Shown here: positions 9,004 through 16,767 of the stretch, in pieces
How the letters are laid out: each line of letters opens with the position of its first letter
Position numbering within the stretch: the stretch's first letter is position 1
Made by a program: the position numbers and the translations under genes
From: Trichlorobacter lovleyi SZ
GTDB lineage: Bacteria; Desulfobacterota; Desulfuromonadia; Geobacterales; Pseudopelobacteraceae
Direction: 5' to 3'
DNA: 32,000 bases
Assembly (NCBI RefSeq): GCF_000020385.1
Contig: NC_010814.1
Location: 3,510,001 to 3,542,000, forward strand
Notes under the pieces: model-generated
Seen by the model: only the letters and a program-made list of their open reading frames with translations
Databases searched by the model: none
Told to the model about the DNA's origin: nothing

Positions 9004-11083
9004 GGAACGTCACCACTCCTAATGACTGAATTTTGACATTTTGGGGAATTTCGTTATGGGACAGCACGGCGACATGGGGGACAAAACGCTCGATCATTTT
9101 TTTGACATGGCGGCGAATTGAAGGTGATGCCAGTATTACCGGTTGAGCACCATACATGCCAAAACGGTCAACCATACCGCGCACAGACGCAATAATCTGC
9201 TGGGCAGAGCCCGGCTCGATCGCCAGGTAGCTGCCCTGATCAGAAGGCTGGATCGCCTCGGCGATGGCGTCTTCCACCTCCCGATCAATGGTCACCAGAT
9301 ACAATGTATCCTCATCAAGCTTGAACTGATCGACTATGAAACGTCCCAGCGCCTGCCGCACGAACTCAGTCAGCACATCCGGGTCTTTGGTAAGTGCGGA
9401 ATAGTCGGCAAGGCTTTCCAGAATAGTACGCATATCCCGGATGGAAACCCCCTCCTTCAGAAGGTTCTTCACAACCCGCAGCACCACGCCCAGACCGAGT
9501 TGCCCCGGAATCAGCTCGTCCACCACTTTGGGGGCTGTTACGGCGACATTATCCAGCAGCTGTTGCAGTTCCTGGCGACCGACCAGATCTTGGGCATAAC
9601 GGCGGATAGTTTCACTGATATGGGTTGCAATAACCGTTGTGCTGTCCACCACAGTGTAGCCATTGACCTGCGCCTGCTCCCGGTCTTCACTGCGGATCCA
9701 GACCGCCGGGAGGCCGAAGACCGGCTCCTTGGCCGTCGGTCCGGGCAGCTGGGCCATGACAGCCCCGGAATCCATGGCTAGATACTGGCCGGACATCTCA
9801 CTGCCGCCCACCCTGGCGCCACGAATCAGGATATTGTATTCATACGGTTTCAGCTGCAGATTGTCGTGGATATGAATCGGCGGCACCACAAAACCCATCT
9901 TTTGCGCAAACTGCCGCCGGATTGAGCGGATGCGCTCAAGCAGTTCCCCATCCTGGGCGGCGTCAACCATCGGCACCAGACCATAGCCTACCTCAAGCTC
10001 AAGGGTATCCAGCGGACGAATAGCAGAGGCCTGATCCTGCGATTCCTCCTCCCCGGCTGCCTCTGCGGCAGCCGCCTCCTCTTCCACCACCTGAGCCATT
10101 TCGCGGGACATCCGCCCAACAAGCCACGCTATGCCGGACAGCAGCAGAAACGCAAAATGTGGCAGACCGGGGATTAGCGCAAACAGAAACATGACCCCTG
10201 AAACAACATAAAATGCCTTGGGATAATTCAGGAACTGGCCGGTAACTTCCTGACCGAAGTTATTTTCATCGGCAGTACGCGTCACAATAATACCGGCGGC
10301 GGTTGAGATGATCAGGGCAGGTATCTGGGCCACCAGCCCTTCGCCGATGGTCAGCAGGGTATAGTTGGTCAAGGCCACATCAAGCGCCAGGCCCTGCTGC
10401 CAGACACCAATAATCAAGCCACCGAAAATATTGACCAGCATGATCAGGATACCGGCTACCGCATCTCCGCGGACAAATTTGCTGGCACCATCCATGGCGC
10501 CATAGAATTCCGATTCACGCCGGACCTTTTCACGACGTTTCCTGGCCTCTTTTTCCGTCAAAAAACCGGCTGACAAGTCGGCATCAATCGCCATCTGCTT
10601 TCCGGGCATGGCATCCAGGGTAAAACGAGCCGAGACTTCAGCAACACGCCCGGCACCCTTGGTAATAACCACAAAGTTAATAATAACCAGAATCAGGAAC
10701 ATAACGGCACCGACCACATAGTTCCCCCCCACGACAAAGGAACCGAAGGCCTTGATGACCGCACCGGCAGCCTCGACCCCCTCCCGTCCATGCATCAGGA
10801 TCAGACGGGTTGAGGCCACGTTCAAGGCAAGACGGAAAAGGGTGGTCACCAGCAAAACAGAGGGGAAAACCGAAAAATCAAGGGGATGCAGGGTATACAG
10901 ACAGACCAGCAGAATGGCAAGGGCAATGGTTATATTGGCCGCAAGAAAGATATCCAGCACAAAAGCCGGCAGGGGGATGATCATCAACGCCAGGACGCCA
11001 ATCAGCGCCAACGCAACGTAGATATCAGAATTTTTTCTAAAGCTGCTCAGCTCAAGAGCCTGTACAGAAGTTCCGTTTGCCAT
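8993..11083 (-). CDS. flhA: Flagellar type III export gate protein FlhA
   Basis: 696 aa with an N-terminal polytopic membrane domain (FHIPEP-like: RFTLDAMPGKQMAIDADL, GAMDGASKFVRGDA). It also has a large cytoplasmic C-domain. Confidence 0.97.
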   Translation of the reverse strand: MANGTSVQALELSSFRKNSDIYVALALIGVLALMIIPLPAFVLDIFLAANITIALAILLVCLYTLHPLDFSVFPSVLLVTTLFRLALNVASTRLILMHGREGVEAAGAVIKAFGSFVVGGNYVVGAVMFLILVIINFVVITKGAGRVAEVSARFTLDAMPGKQMAIDADLSAGFLTEKEARKRREKVRRESEFYGAMDGASKFVRGDAVAGILIMLVNIFGGLIIGVWQQGLALDVALTNYTLLTIGEGLVAQIPALIISTAAGIIVTRTADENNFGQEVTGQFLNYPKAFYVVSGVMFLFALIPGLPHFAFLLLSGIAWLVGRMSREMAQVVEEEAAAAEAAGEEESQDQASAIRPLDTLELEVGYGLVPMVDAAQDGELLERIRSIRRQFAQKMGFVVPPIHIHDNLQLKPYEYNILIRGARVGGSEMSGQYLAMDSGAVMAQLPGPTAKEPVFGLPAVWIRSEDREQAQVNGYTVVDSTTVIATHISETIRRYAQDLVGRQELQQLLDNVAVTAPKVVDELIPGQLGLGVVLRVVKNLLKEGVSIRDMRTILESLADYSALTKDPDVLTEFVRQALGRFIVDQFKLDEDTLYLVTIDREVEDAIAEAIQPSDQGSYLAIEPGSAQQIIASVRGMVDRFGMYGAQPVILASPSIRRHVKKMIERFVPHVAVLSHNEIPQNVKIQSLGVVTFHAG

Positions 11084-11323
11084 GATGATGACAGTTCCTT
11101 ACGGCCGTTACGGCCATCTAGATCAGGAGCAGCCGATACCACCCCGTGTCTCACCATGCAGATTCCATGCCGTCAAAATTCGGTCACAACCACATTGACA
11201 CCAACAACAAGCATTTGTTTTTTCAACAGGTTAGCAACACTTACAACAATACCGACAACAGCATCTAGTCATTATTTTGACCGAGACTAAATTCTGACAC
11301 CGGCCCAGCCGCTCTTGAATGCC

Positions 11324-12397
11324 TTACATGGCTCCTTTAAGCCGATAGACATAGGCCAACACTTCGGCAACAGCCGCATAGAGCGATTCGGGAATTTCCT
11401 GATTTTCTGCGACCTGATCATACAACTCACGTGCAAGAAAGCGGTTTTCCACCAGTGTCACCTTGTGCTCGCGGGCCATCTCCTTGATAGCCAGCGCCAT
11501 CTCATCAGCTCCTTTTGCGATTACCATCGGCGCAACCATCCTGCTGCGGTCATACTTTAATGCAACCGCAAAGTGAGTCGGGTTGGTAATTACCACATCG
11601 GCAGTTGGAATGATCTTGGTCAAACGCCGGCGCGCCGCCTGGAACTGCAACCTCTTGATCTTTCCTTTGATCTCGGGATTACCCTCCATATCCTTGGTTT
11701 CGTCTTTCACCTCCTGCTTGGTCATCTTGAGGTTCTCGATATAGCGCCACTTGACGTAAGCCATATCCAGAATCGAGATGACGATCATGATACCACAGGT
11801 ATGGGTTACAATCTTGAACGCCACATGCCCGGTATAGGACAGGATACCGTTGACGTCTGACTCTGCCAGAACGGTAATGTTCTGTAGTTCGTCCCGCAGC
11901 ACCTGATAGGCAATCCAGCCGATCACAAAGATCTTGATCAAAGATTTCAGGATTTCAACCAGGGCCTCCTTGTTGAACAACTTACCAAAACCGCTGATAA
12001 AATTAAGCTTACTGATATCAAAAGTAATCCTGCCCCATTGAAAATCCAGCCTGCCGTTATCCTGGACGATATGTGCAAGTATACCCGTACTCATGACTGC
12101 CAGAATAACCGGCGCGAGCAACATGAACAACACACCGAAAATACGGAGCATCATGGTGTAGACGTTTTGCTCTGTCAGCTCAAAAGTTCCAATCTGTGAA
12201 TACACCTGCACGGTGGTGCTTTTCAGACCGTTCATCAGGTAGCTGCCCAGCAGGTAGAGCACCACAATACCAGCCAGCAATGTAAAACTCTGGCTCAGCA
12301 TCTGCGAAGAGGGAGGAGCCCCCTTTTCTCTGGCCTTCTCCAGCCTTCGCCCGGTAGGTTGTTCTGTCTTGGAGTGTTTGTCGTCGTCTTCTGCCAG
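11324..12397 (-). CDS. flhB: Flagellar export switch protein FlhB. The start is non-canonical and uncertain: CTG at 12397..12395 is proposed.
   Basis: The NPTH autocleavage site is present (VITNPTHFAVALKY). The conserved FlhB N-terminus AEDDDKHSKTEQPTGRRLEKAREKG is encoded in frame upstream of the first ATG (12301). No ATG, GTG or TTG occurs between that region and the in-frame fliR TGA. A GGGGGGA Shine-Dalgarno lies 6 nt before the CTG. Confidence 0.85.
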   Translation of the reverse strand: MAEDDDKHSKTEQPTGRRLEKAREKGAPPSSQMLSQSFTLLAGIVVLYLLGSYLMNGLKSTTVQVYSQIGTFELTEQNVYTMMLRIFGVLFMLLAPVILAVMSTGILAHIVQDNGRLDFQWGRITFDISKLNFISGFGKLFNKEALVEILKSLIKIFVIGWIAYQVLRDELQNITVLAESDVNGILSYTGHVAFKIVTHTCGIMIVISILDMAYVKWRYIENLKMTKQEVKDETKDMEGNPEIKGKIKRLQFQAARRRLTKIIPTADVVITNPTHFAVALKYDRSRMVAPMVIAKGADEMALAIKEMAREHKVTLVENRFLARELYDQVAENQEIPESLYAAVAEVLAYVYRLKGAM

Positions 12398-12400
12398 GGA

Positions 12401-13198
12401 TCATCCCCCCTTTCCAAGCAGCCTGAAGATCATGGCAACCTGATTGGCCAGATTACCAAACGAGAGCTCCAGCACATGAAAAAAGAGCAACAGGGTCATG
12501 CCCAGCACCATGAAACCAAGGCCAATATTGAGCGGAAAGCTGACCATAAACACGTTCATCTGAGGAAAGGCTCGCGCCATAATACCCAACACAACGCTGG
12601 TGAGCAGCAAGGCGACCATAACCGGTGCCGCCAGCCTGATCCCCAGAATGAAGACCTCCGAGGTGGCATTTACAAGAAAGTGAATCAGCGCCTCACTCAT
12701 TTTCCAGCCTCCCAACGGAATAACCGTAAAGCTGTCAACAATGGCACTGATAAAGACATGATGGATATTGAGAGAGAGAAAAAAAAGGGTCGCTAGCAAG
12801 CTCTGCACTACAGACATGATCTGTGTCTGGGTGCCCATGGACGGGTCAAGTACCGATGAGATGCTGAACCCCATCTGAAGACCGATGATCTGCCCGCTGA
12901 ACTCGACAGCAGCAAAGATGATCTGGGTAATGAAGGCCAAGGTCAACCCGATCAACATTTCCCGCATGACCAACAGCCCCAGGGTAAAGGCATCACCGGG
13001 CAACGGCGGGGGAGTTATCTTCAAAACAGGCAGACAGACCAGGGTAATGGCAAGGACAGCCGCTATCTTGATACGGGTGGGCAGTCGTTTACCCCCAAAT
13101 ACCGGCAGGGCGGCAAACAGACCTCCTATCCGGCATAATATCAGTGCAAACAGGAAAACATCCGACTGGCTCGGCAGGGGGGAGACAAACGGAAACAT
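12401..13198 (-). CDS. fliR: Flagellar export gate protein FliR
   Basis: 265-aa polytopic membrane protein (MFPFVSPLPSQSDVFLFALILCRIGGLFAALPVFG...). It lies between fliQ and flhB. Confidence 0.9.
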   Translation of the reverse strand: MFPFVSPLPSQSDVFLFALILCRIGGLFAALPVFGGKRLPTRIKIAAVLAITLVCLPVLKITPPPLPGDAFTLGLLVMREMLIGLTLAFITQIIFAAVEFSGQIIGLQMGFSISSVLDPSMGTQTQIMSVVQSLLATLFFLSLNIHHVFISAIVDSFTVIPLGGWKMSEALIHFLVNATSEVFILGIRLAAPVMVALLLTSVVLGIMARAFPQMNVFMVSFPLNIGLGFMVLGMTLLLFFHVLELSFGNLANQVAMIFRLLGKGG

Positions 13199-13204
13199 GA
13201 CGCT

Positions 13205-13474
13205 CTAACGCCGCATCACGGCAATCAGCGCATACACTTCTCGGGTAAAGTCGCTCATATAGCTCATCATCCAGGGAAAGAAGATGATAACTGCCACCAT
13301 AACGGCGACAATCTTAGGGGCGAAAGCAAGAGTGGCCTCATTGATGGAGGTAACAGCCTGAAATACACTGATGGCGAGTCCGACCACCAGACTGAACAGC
13401 AGCAACGGTGCCGACAGCAGCAAGGTAGCTTCAAAGCTTCTACGGGCCAGTTGTACGACCAGCTCGGGGGTCAT
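13205..13474 (-). CDS. fliQ: Flagellar export gate protein FliQ
   Basis: 89 aa with two TM segments. The sequence MTPELVVQLARRSFEATLLLSAPLLL...AVTSINEATLAFAPKI is a typical FliQ sequence. Confidence 0.95.
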   Translation of the reverse strand: MTPELVVQLARRSFEATLLLSAPLLLFSLVVGLAISVFQAVTSINEATLAFAPKIVAVMVAVIIFFPWMMSYMSDFTREVYALIAVMRR

Positions 13475-13486
13475 GGCATGTCCTTT

Positions 13487-14281
13487 CTATCCAAAACTCT
13501 TGACCAGAGAGCTGATCACCAGTCCCCACCCGTCAACCAACACAAAGAGCAGAATTTTGAACGGTAACGATATCATCACCGGCGGTAACATCATCATACC
13601 CATTGACATCAGCACCGAGGCGACCACCATGTCAACCACAATAAAAGGGATATAAATCAGAAAACCGATCTGAAACGCGGTGCGCAGTTCCGAGATCATG
13701 AAGGCAGGCACAATGGTAAGAGTAGGAATATCGTCGGCATTTTTGGGGCGAGCCTGTTTTGAAAGACTGACAAACAGCCCCAGATCCTTTTCCCGTGTCT
13801 GGGAAAGCATGAATTTCCGGACCGGCTGCACCGCCTTTTCAAACGCCTGCTCCTGAGAAAGGGTACCGGCCTTATAGGGTTGGTAGGCGTCACGGTTAAC
13901 CTGTTGCCAAACCGGCGTCATGATAAAGAAGGTCAAAAACAGGGACAGGGCCAGAATGATCTGGTTTGAAGGCGCCTGCTGGGTACCCAGAGCGGTACGA
14001 AGAAACGAAAGCACGACGACGATACGGGTAAAGGAGGTCGTCATGATCAACAGGCTGGGAGCCAGCGAAAGTACCGTAAGCAGCAGAAAGATCTGGATGG
14101 TGGTTGCTACTTCTGCAGGCTTTGTGGCGGTACCGACACCGATATTGAGCGATGGCAGCGGTACCGGTGCCGCTGCCGCAATGGCTACGCTTCCGGCGAT
14201 GACTGCAGCCAGCAGCAGAAGCGTCATCCTGAATCTTTTAGCTATAGAAAAGGTCATGGGGTATCCAGATGCGGTATGCAC
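13487..14281 (-). CDS. fliP: Flagellar export gate protein FliP
   Basis: It contains the conserved FliP blocks TSFTRIVVVLSFLRTALGTQQAPSNQI, AFQIGFLIYIPFIVVDMVVASVLMSMGMMMLPP and LPFKILLFVLVDGW. The track start is a GTG; ATG 14257 (MTFSIAKRF...) is an alternative start. Confidence 0.93.
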   Translation of the reverse strand: MHTASGYPMTFSIAKRFRMTLLLLAAVIAGSVAIAAAAPVPLPSLNIGVGTATKPAEVATTIQIFLLLTVLSLAPSLLIMTTSFTRIVVVLSFLRTALGTQQAPSNQIILALSLFLTFFIMTPVWQQVNRDAYQPYKAGTLSQEQAFEKAVQPVRKFMLSQTREKDLGLFVSLSKQARPKNADDIPTLTIVPAFMISELRTAFQIGFLIYIPFIVVDMVVASVLMSMGMMMLPPVMISLPFKILLFVLVDGWGLVISSLVKSFG

Positions 14282-14294
14282 GCTGAAACATTTT

Positions 14295-14729
14295 TTAGCT
14301 ACGTAAAGCTGCCCGCTTCAACAGTGCCAAAAAAGACGGCCGCACAGAAGGTTCTTCAACGATTTCGATTTCCTCAAGCATATTAATCTGTTTTACCAGC
14401 GCCAAGTGTTCACCACTGCTTGACAGCAACAGATATTCTCCTGCCACCTCAATCAGTATTAGGGCTTTGCGAGGCCCCATCGCCCGTACTTCAAGCACCC
14501 GGATATGTTGATTACCAGGGCGCAGTGCTGGGATCTTGCGCATGAGACGGGTAGAAGCATAATAGGTCAGCAAGATCAAACCGACAACCAGCATCAGTGC
14601 CGCAACCATCTGCAGGAAGCTGGAGAGAAATCCAAAACCGCCTTCCCCTGCCTGCCCGACTGCCCCCTGTGCTACAACCGGAAAAAACGTCGCACACGAC
14701 GTCAGCCACAGGGTAGCTGCTCTGATCAC
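14295..14729 (-). CDS. fliO: FliO/FliZ-type flagellar biosynthesis protein (single TM)
   Basis: It has a single hydrophobic helix (LQMVAALMLVVGLILLTYYA) followed by IRVLEVRAMGPRKALILIEVAGEYLLLS, the usual FliO core. It lies between fliN and fliP. The start is a GTG that overlaps the fliN TGA (GTGA). Confidence 0.65.
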   Translation of the reverse strand: MIRAATLWLTSCATFFPVVAQGAVGQAGEGGFGFLSSFLQMVAALMLVVGLILLTYYASTRLMRKIPALRPGNQHIRVLEVRAMGPRKALILIEVAGEYLLLSSSGEHLALVKQINMLEEIEIVEEPSVRPSFLALLKRAALRS

Positions 14730-15025
14730 AAAATTTTCTCCACACGTTCATTAGGACTGACAATATCAACCAGCCGTACACCGAATTTTTCGTTGACCAC
14801 CACCGCCTCGCCGCGTGCAACCAGCTTTGAGTTGACAAAAATATCCAACGGCTCGCCTGCAAGCTTGGTCAGTTCGACCACCGCCCCCTGGTTTAACTGC
14901 AGGATATCCTTGACAAGCAACTTGGTTCGTCCCAGCTCTACCGTTACCTGAAGCGGAATATCAAGTATGAACTCCAGATTCTTCTTTTCCTGTTCAGCCT
15001 CTGTGGCATCAGACTTGTCGTTCAC
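14726..15025 (-). CDS. fliN: Flagellar C-ring protein FliN (SpoA domain)
   Basis: The sequence (V)NDKSDATEAEQEKKNLEFILDIPLQVTVELGRTKLLVKDILQLNQGAVVELTKLAGEPLDIFVNSKLVARGEAVVVNEKFGVRL is a FliN SpoA domain. I re-called the start at GTG 15025 (GGGGAG 5 nt upstream). The track extension to 15181 lies inside fliM. Confidence 0.9.
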   Translation of the reverse strand: MNDKSDATEAEQEKKNLEFILDIPLQVTVELGRTKLLVKDILQLNQGAVVELTKLAGEPLDIFVNSKLVARGEAVVVNEKFGVRLVDIVSPNERVEKIL

Positions 15026-16010
15026 GTGTGCTCCCCTTGGTGGAGATAATATCACTGATCTGCATCGCCTTGTTACCGTGCCGGATGCCGGGAATCCCCT
15101 GATACTTCGGGACCCCCTCAACCTTGACCAACAACTCGCTGGTACATGGTTTATCCAGCATGATCGTGTCACCGACCTCAAGATCCAACAGCTCTCTCAA
15201 CGAGATGGTAGAGTTACCCAGTTCAACGCTGAGCTCCATCGGAGCATCCAGAATCTCCGATGAGAGGCGGTATGACCACTGCGGGTCAATCGCCATCAGG
15301 TCAAACTGCATCCCCTCTTTAAGTTTGTCGCGGATCGGTTCAATGGTCATGATCGGCACGACAAAGATCATCGTCCCGACATTTTCTTCAATATGGACCT
15401 TAACCGTCATGGTCACCACCTGATATTCAGGGGGAACAATCGTCACCAGACGCGGGTTCATCTCCATCCGCAGGAGACTTAGCTTGGCAGGATACAGCGG
15501 CGCCCAGGACTTTTCAAGATCAGCCAGCACATCAGCCAGCACCATCTCAACCAACCTGAGTTCCAATGTGGTAAAAAGACGGTTCAAAGCCAGTGCGGTA
15601 CGGCTGGTTCCTCCGAGCACACTATCGACAATTGCAAAAGCCAGAGAGCTGTCCATTGCTATCAGGGCAGCCCCCTTTAAGGGATCCAGCTTAAAAATAG
15701 CCATACAGACCGGAGATGGCAGGGTCTGCAAAAAATCATCAAACTTGTAGGAACGTGCCCCTACTTTTTTGATCTCCACTACCTTGCGAAGACGGTTTGA
15801 CAGCGTGATCCGGTTAAATCGGATGAAACCGTCATAGACTATATCAAGATTAGGAACAAAACCGCGGTAGGCCTCAGTATTGAAGAGATCATAGCTGACA
15901 GCAGTGCCTTCGGACTTGGAAAGTTCCTTTTCAGGTTCAATCCGTCCGTCAAAGACCGCATTCAGCAGGGCCTCAATCTCGGCTTTGGTGAGAATCTTCT
16001 CCATGGCCAC
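15009..16010 (-). CDS. fliM: Flagellar C-ring switch protein FliM
   Basis: The N-terminal LTKAEIEALLNAV matches the CheY-P-binding LSQxEIDxLL-type motif. It has a central CheC-like fold region and a C-terminal SpoA-like domain. It is 333 aa. Confidence 0.93.
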   Translation of the reverse strand: MAMEKILTKAEIEALLNAVFDGRIEPEKELSKSEGTAVSYDLFNTEAYRGFVPNLDIVYDGFIRFNRITLSNRLRKVVEIKKVGARSYKFDDFLQTLPSPVCMAIFKLDPLKGAALIAMDSSLAFAIVDSVLGGTSRTALALNRLFTTLELRLVEMVLADVLADLEKSWAPLYPAKLSLLRMEMNPRLVTIVPPEYQVVTMTVKVHIEENVGTMIFVVPIMTIEPIRDKLKEGMQFDLMAIDPQWSYRLSSEILDAPMELSVELGNSTISLRELLDLEVGDTIMLDKPCTSELLVKVEGVPKYQGIPGIRHGNKAMQISDIISTKGSTRERQV

Positions 16011-16027
16011 GCGACGTCCCCGATCAG

Positions 16028-16579
16028 TTACTGGACAACAAAATCAGTAAAATAGACCTTGCTGACCTTGCCCTGGGCAACGATCTTGCTGATTGCAGTC
16101 AGGATTTCCTCCCGCAACTGATTCTTACCCTGGACGTCCTGGACCTCCTGCAATGTTTTGGTCGTCAGAACCACCAGAATCGCATCCCGGATAGCAGCGA
16201 GACGTCCCTCCAACTCCGGCTTAACAGCCGCACTGACCATTTCAAGCTCAACTTTCACCTTAAGGTAGCGCAGTTCCTGACCGTCATAGATATTCACAAT
16301 GAATGGTTCCAGAGAAAAGACCGTTGAAACGCCCGGAGCGGCTGCGCCGCCATGCCCGCCTCCTGCAGCCGGTGGAGCTGCACCATGGCCTCCCTCGGCA
16401 ACCGGTGCGCCCTGTGCATCAGCCCCTTCTTTTTTCTTATCGCCTTTACCCATCATCATAAATACGACAACACCGGCGATAACCAGTACTAGCGCCGCTG
16501 CACCAATAATGATGAACAACTTTTTCTTGCTGCCGCCTTCCGCCGGGGCTTCGGCTGCCGCCTGCTCGTCTTTTGCCAT
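16028..16579 (-). CDS. fliL: Flagellar basal-body-associated protein FliL
   Basis: The start MAKDEQ... (ATG 16579, GGAGGA Shine-Dalgarno) is followed by a single TM (KKLFIIIGAAALVLVIAGVVVF) and an FliL core (FSLEPFIVNI...YLKVKVELE...IRDAILVVL...VYFTDFVVQ). The track's N-terminal extension was rejected. Confidence 0.85.
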   Translation of the reverse strand: MAKDEQAAAEAPAEGGSKKKLFIIIGAAALVLVIAGVVVFMMMGKGDKKKEGADAQGAPVAEGGHGAAPPAAGGGHGGAAAPGVSTVFSLEPFIVNIYDGQELRYLKVKVELEMVSAAVKPELEGRLAAIRDAILVVLTTKTLQEVQDVQGKNQLREEILTAISKIVAQGKVSKVYFTDFVVQ

Positions 16580-16698
16580 TCGATCCTCCGGTATAGACCT
16601 ACATGTAACTGATTCAGGCACTGCATTGCATTTGTAAAACGAAAACGAGGTTTTTGCAACCACTTGCCATCATTCTTCTGTATTGCTGATACAATTGT

Positions 16699-16738
16699 GC
16701 CCCCGCCCACCTGCAAACGAGTGCAGGCAAACGGGGGC
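16699..16738 (-). terminator. Stable compound stem-loop 30 nt downstream of the flgE stop. It could be a partial terminator/attenuator or a 3'-end stabiliser. There is no U-tract.
   Basis: Minus-strand RNA: GCCCCCG-uuug-CCUGCA-cucguu-UGCAGG-uggg-CGGGGGC. This is a 7-bp GC outer stem plus a 6-bp inner stem. It is followed by acaauugua rather than a U run. Confidence 0.35.
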
Positions 16739-16767
16739 TTCATCAGGTTATATTGAGCTAAGTATGA

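Noticed and set aside
12401-12403. Selenocysteine decoding of the in-frame TGA between fliR and flhB
   Set aside because: By eye I found no convincing SECIS-like stem-loop in the 60 nt downstream; there is only a 4-bp CUGG/CCAG pairing. A Sec residue in a linker has no functional rationale. I did not test this computationally.
12180-12404. 74-aa minus-strand ORF starting at the ATG of the fliR ATGA junction
   Set aside because: Its translation (MIPGRRRRQTLQDRTTYRAKAGEG...) is not FlhB-like. The neighbouring frame encodes the conserved FlhB N-terminus contiguous with the rest of FlhB. It is retained only as one of three hypotheses (ATG plus frameshift) in the flhB-start finding.
12770-12786. 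(GA)5 followed by A8 simple-sequence tract in fliR, and other 8-nt homopolymers (for example 8273..8280 in flhF, 27805..27812), as phase-variation switches
   Set aside because: Runs of 8 are roughly what is expected by chance in 32 kb at this base composition. The fliR tract encodes a sensible TM segment (LFFLSL). There is no evidence of variability. This is worth only a glance in population data.
16655-16669. Sigma-54 promoter reading of TGGCAagtggTTGCA upstream of fliL, and GGCACtgcatTGC on the plus strand at about 16616..16628
   Set aside because: In both, the GG-to-GC spacing is 9 nt rather than the required 10. The second is also on the non-coding strand, with no downstream plus-strand gene.
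16699-16738. GEMM / cyclic-dinucleotide riboswitch look-alike (two GCAAAC motifs in a hairpin)
   Set aside because: The GCAAAC motifs are on the plus strand, which is not transcribed towards any gene here. The element is a simple bipartite hairpin that lacks the two-helix tetraloop/receptor architecture.
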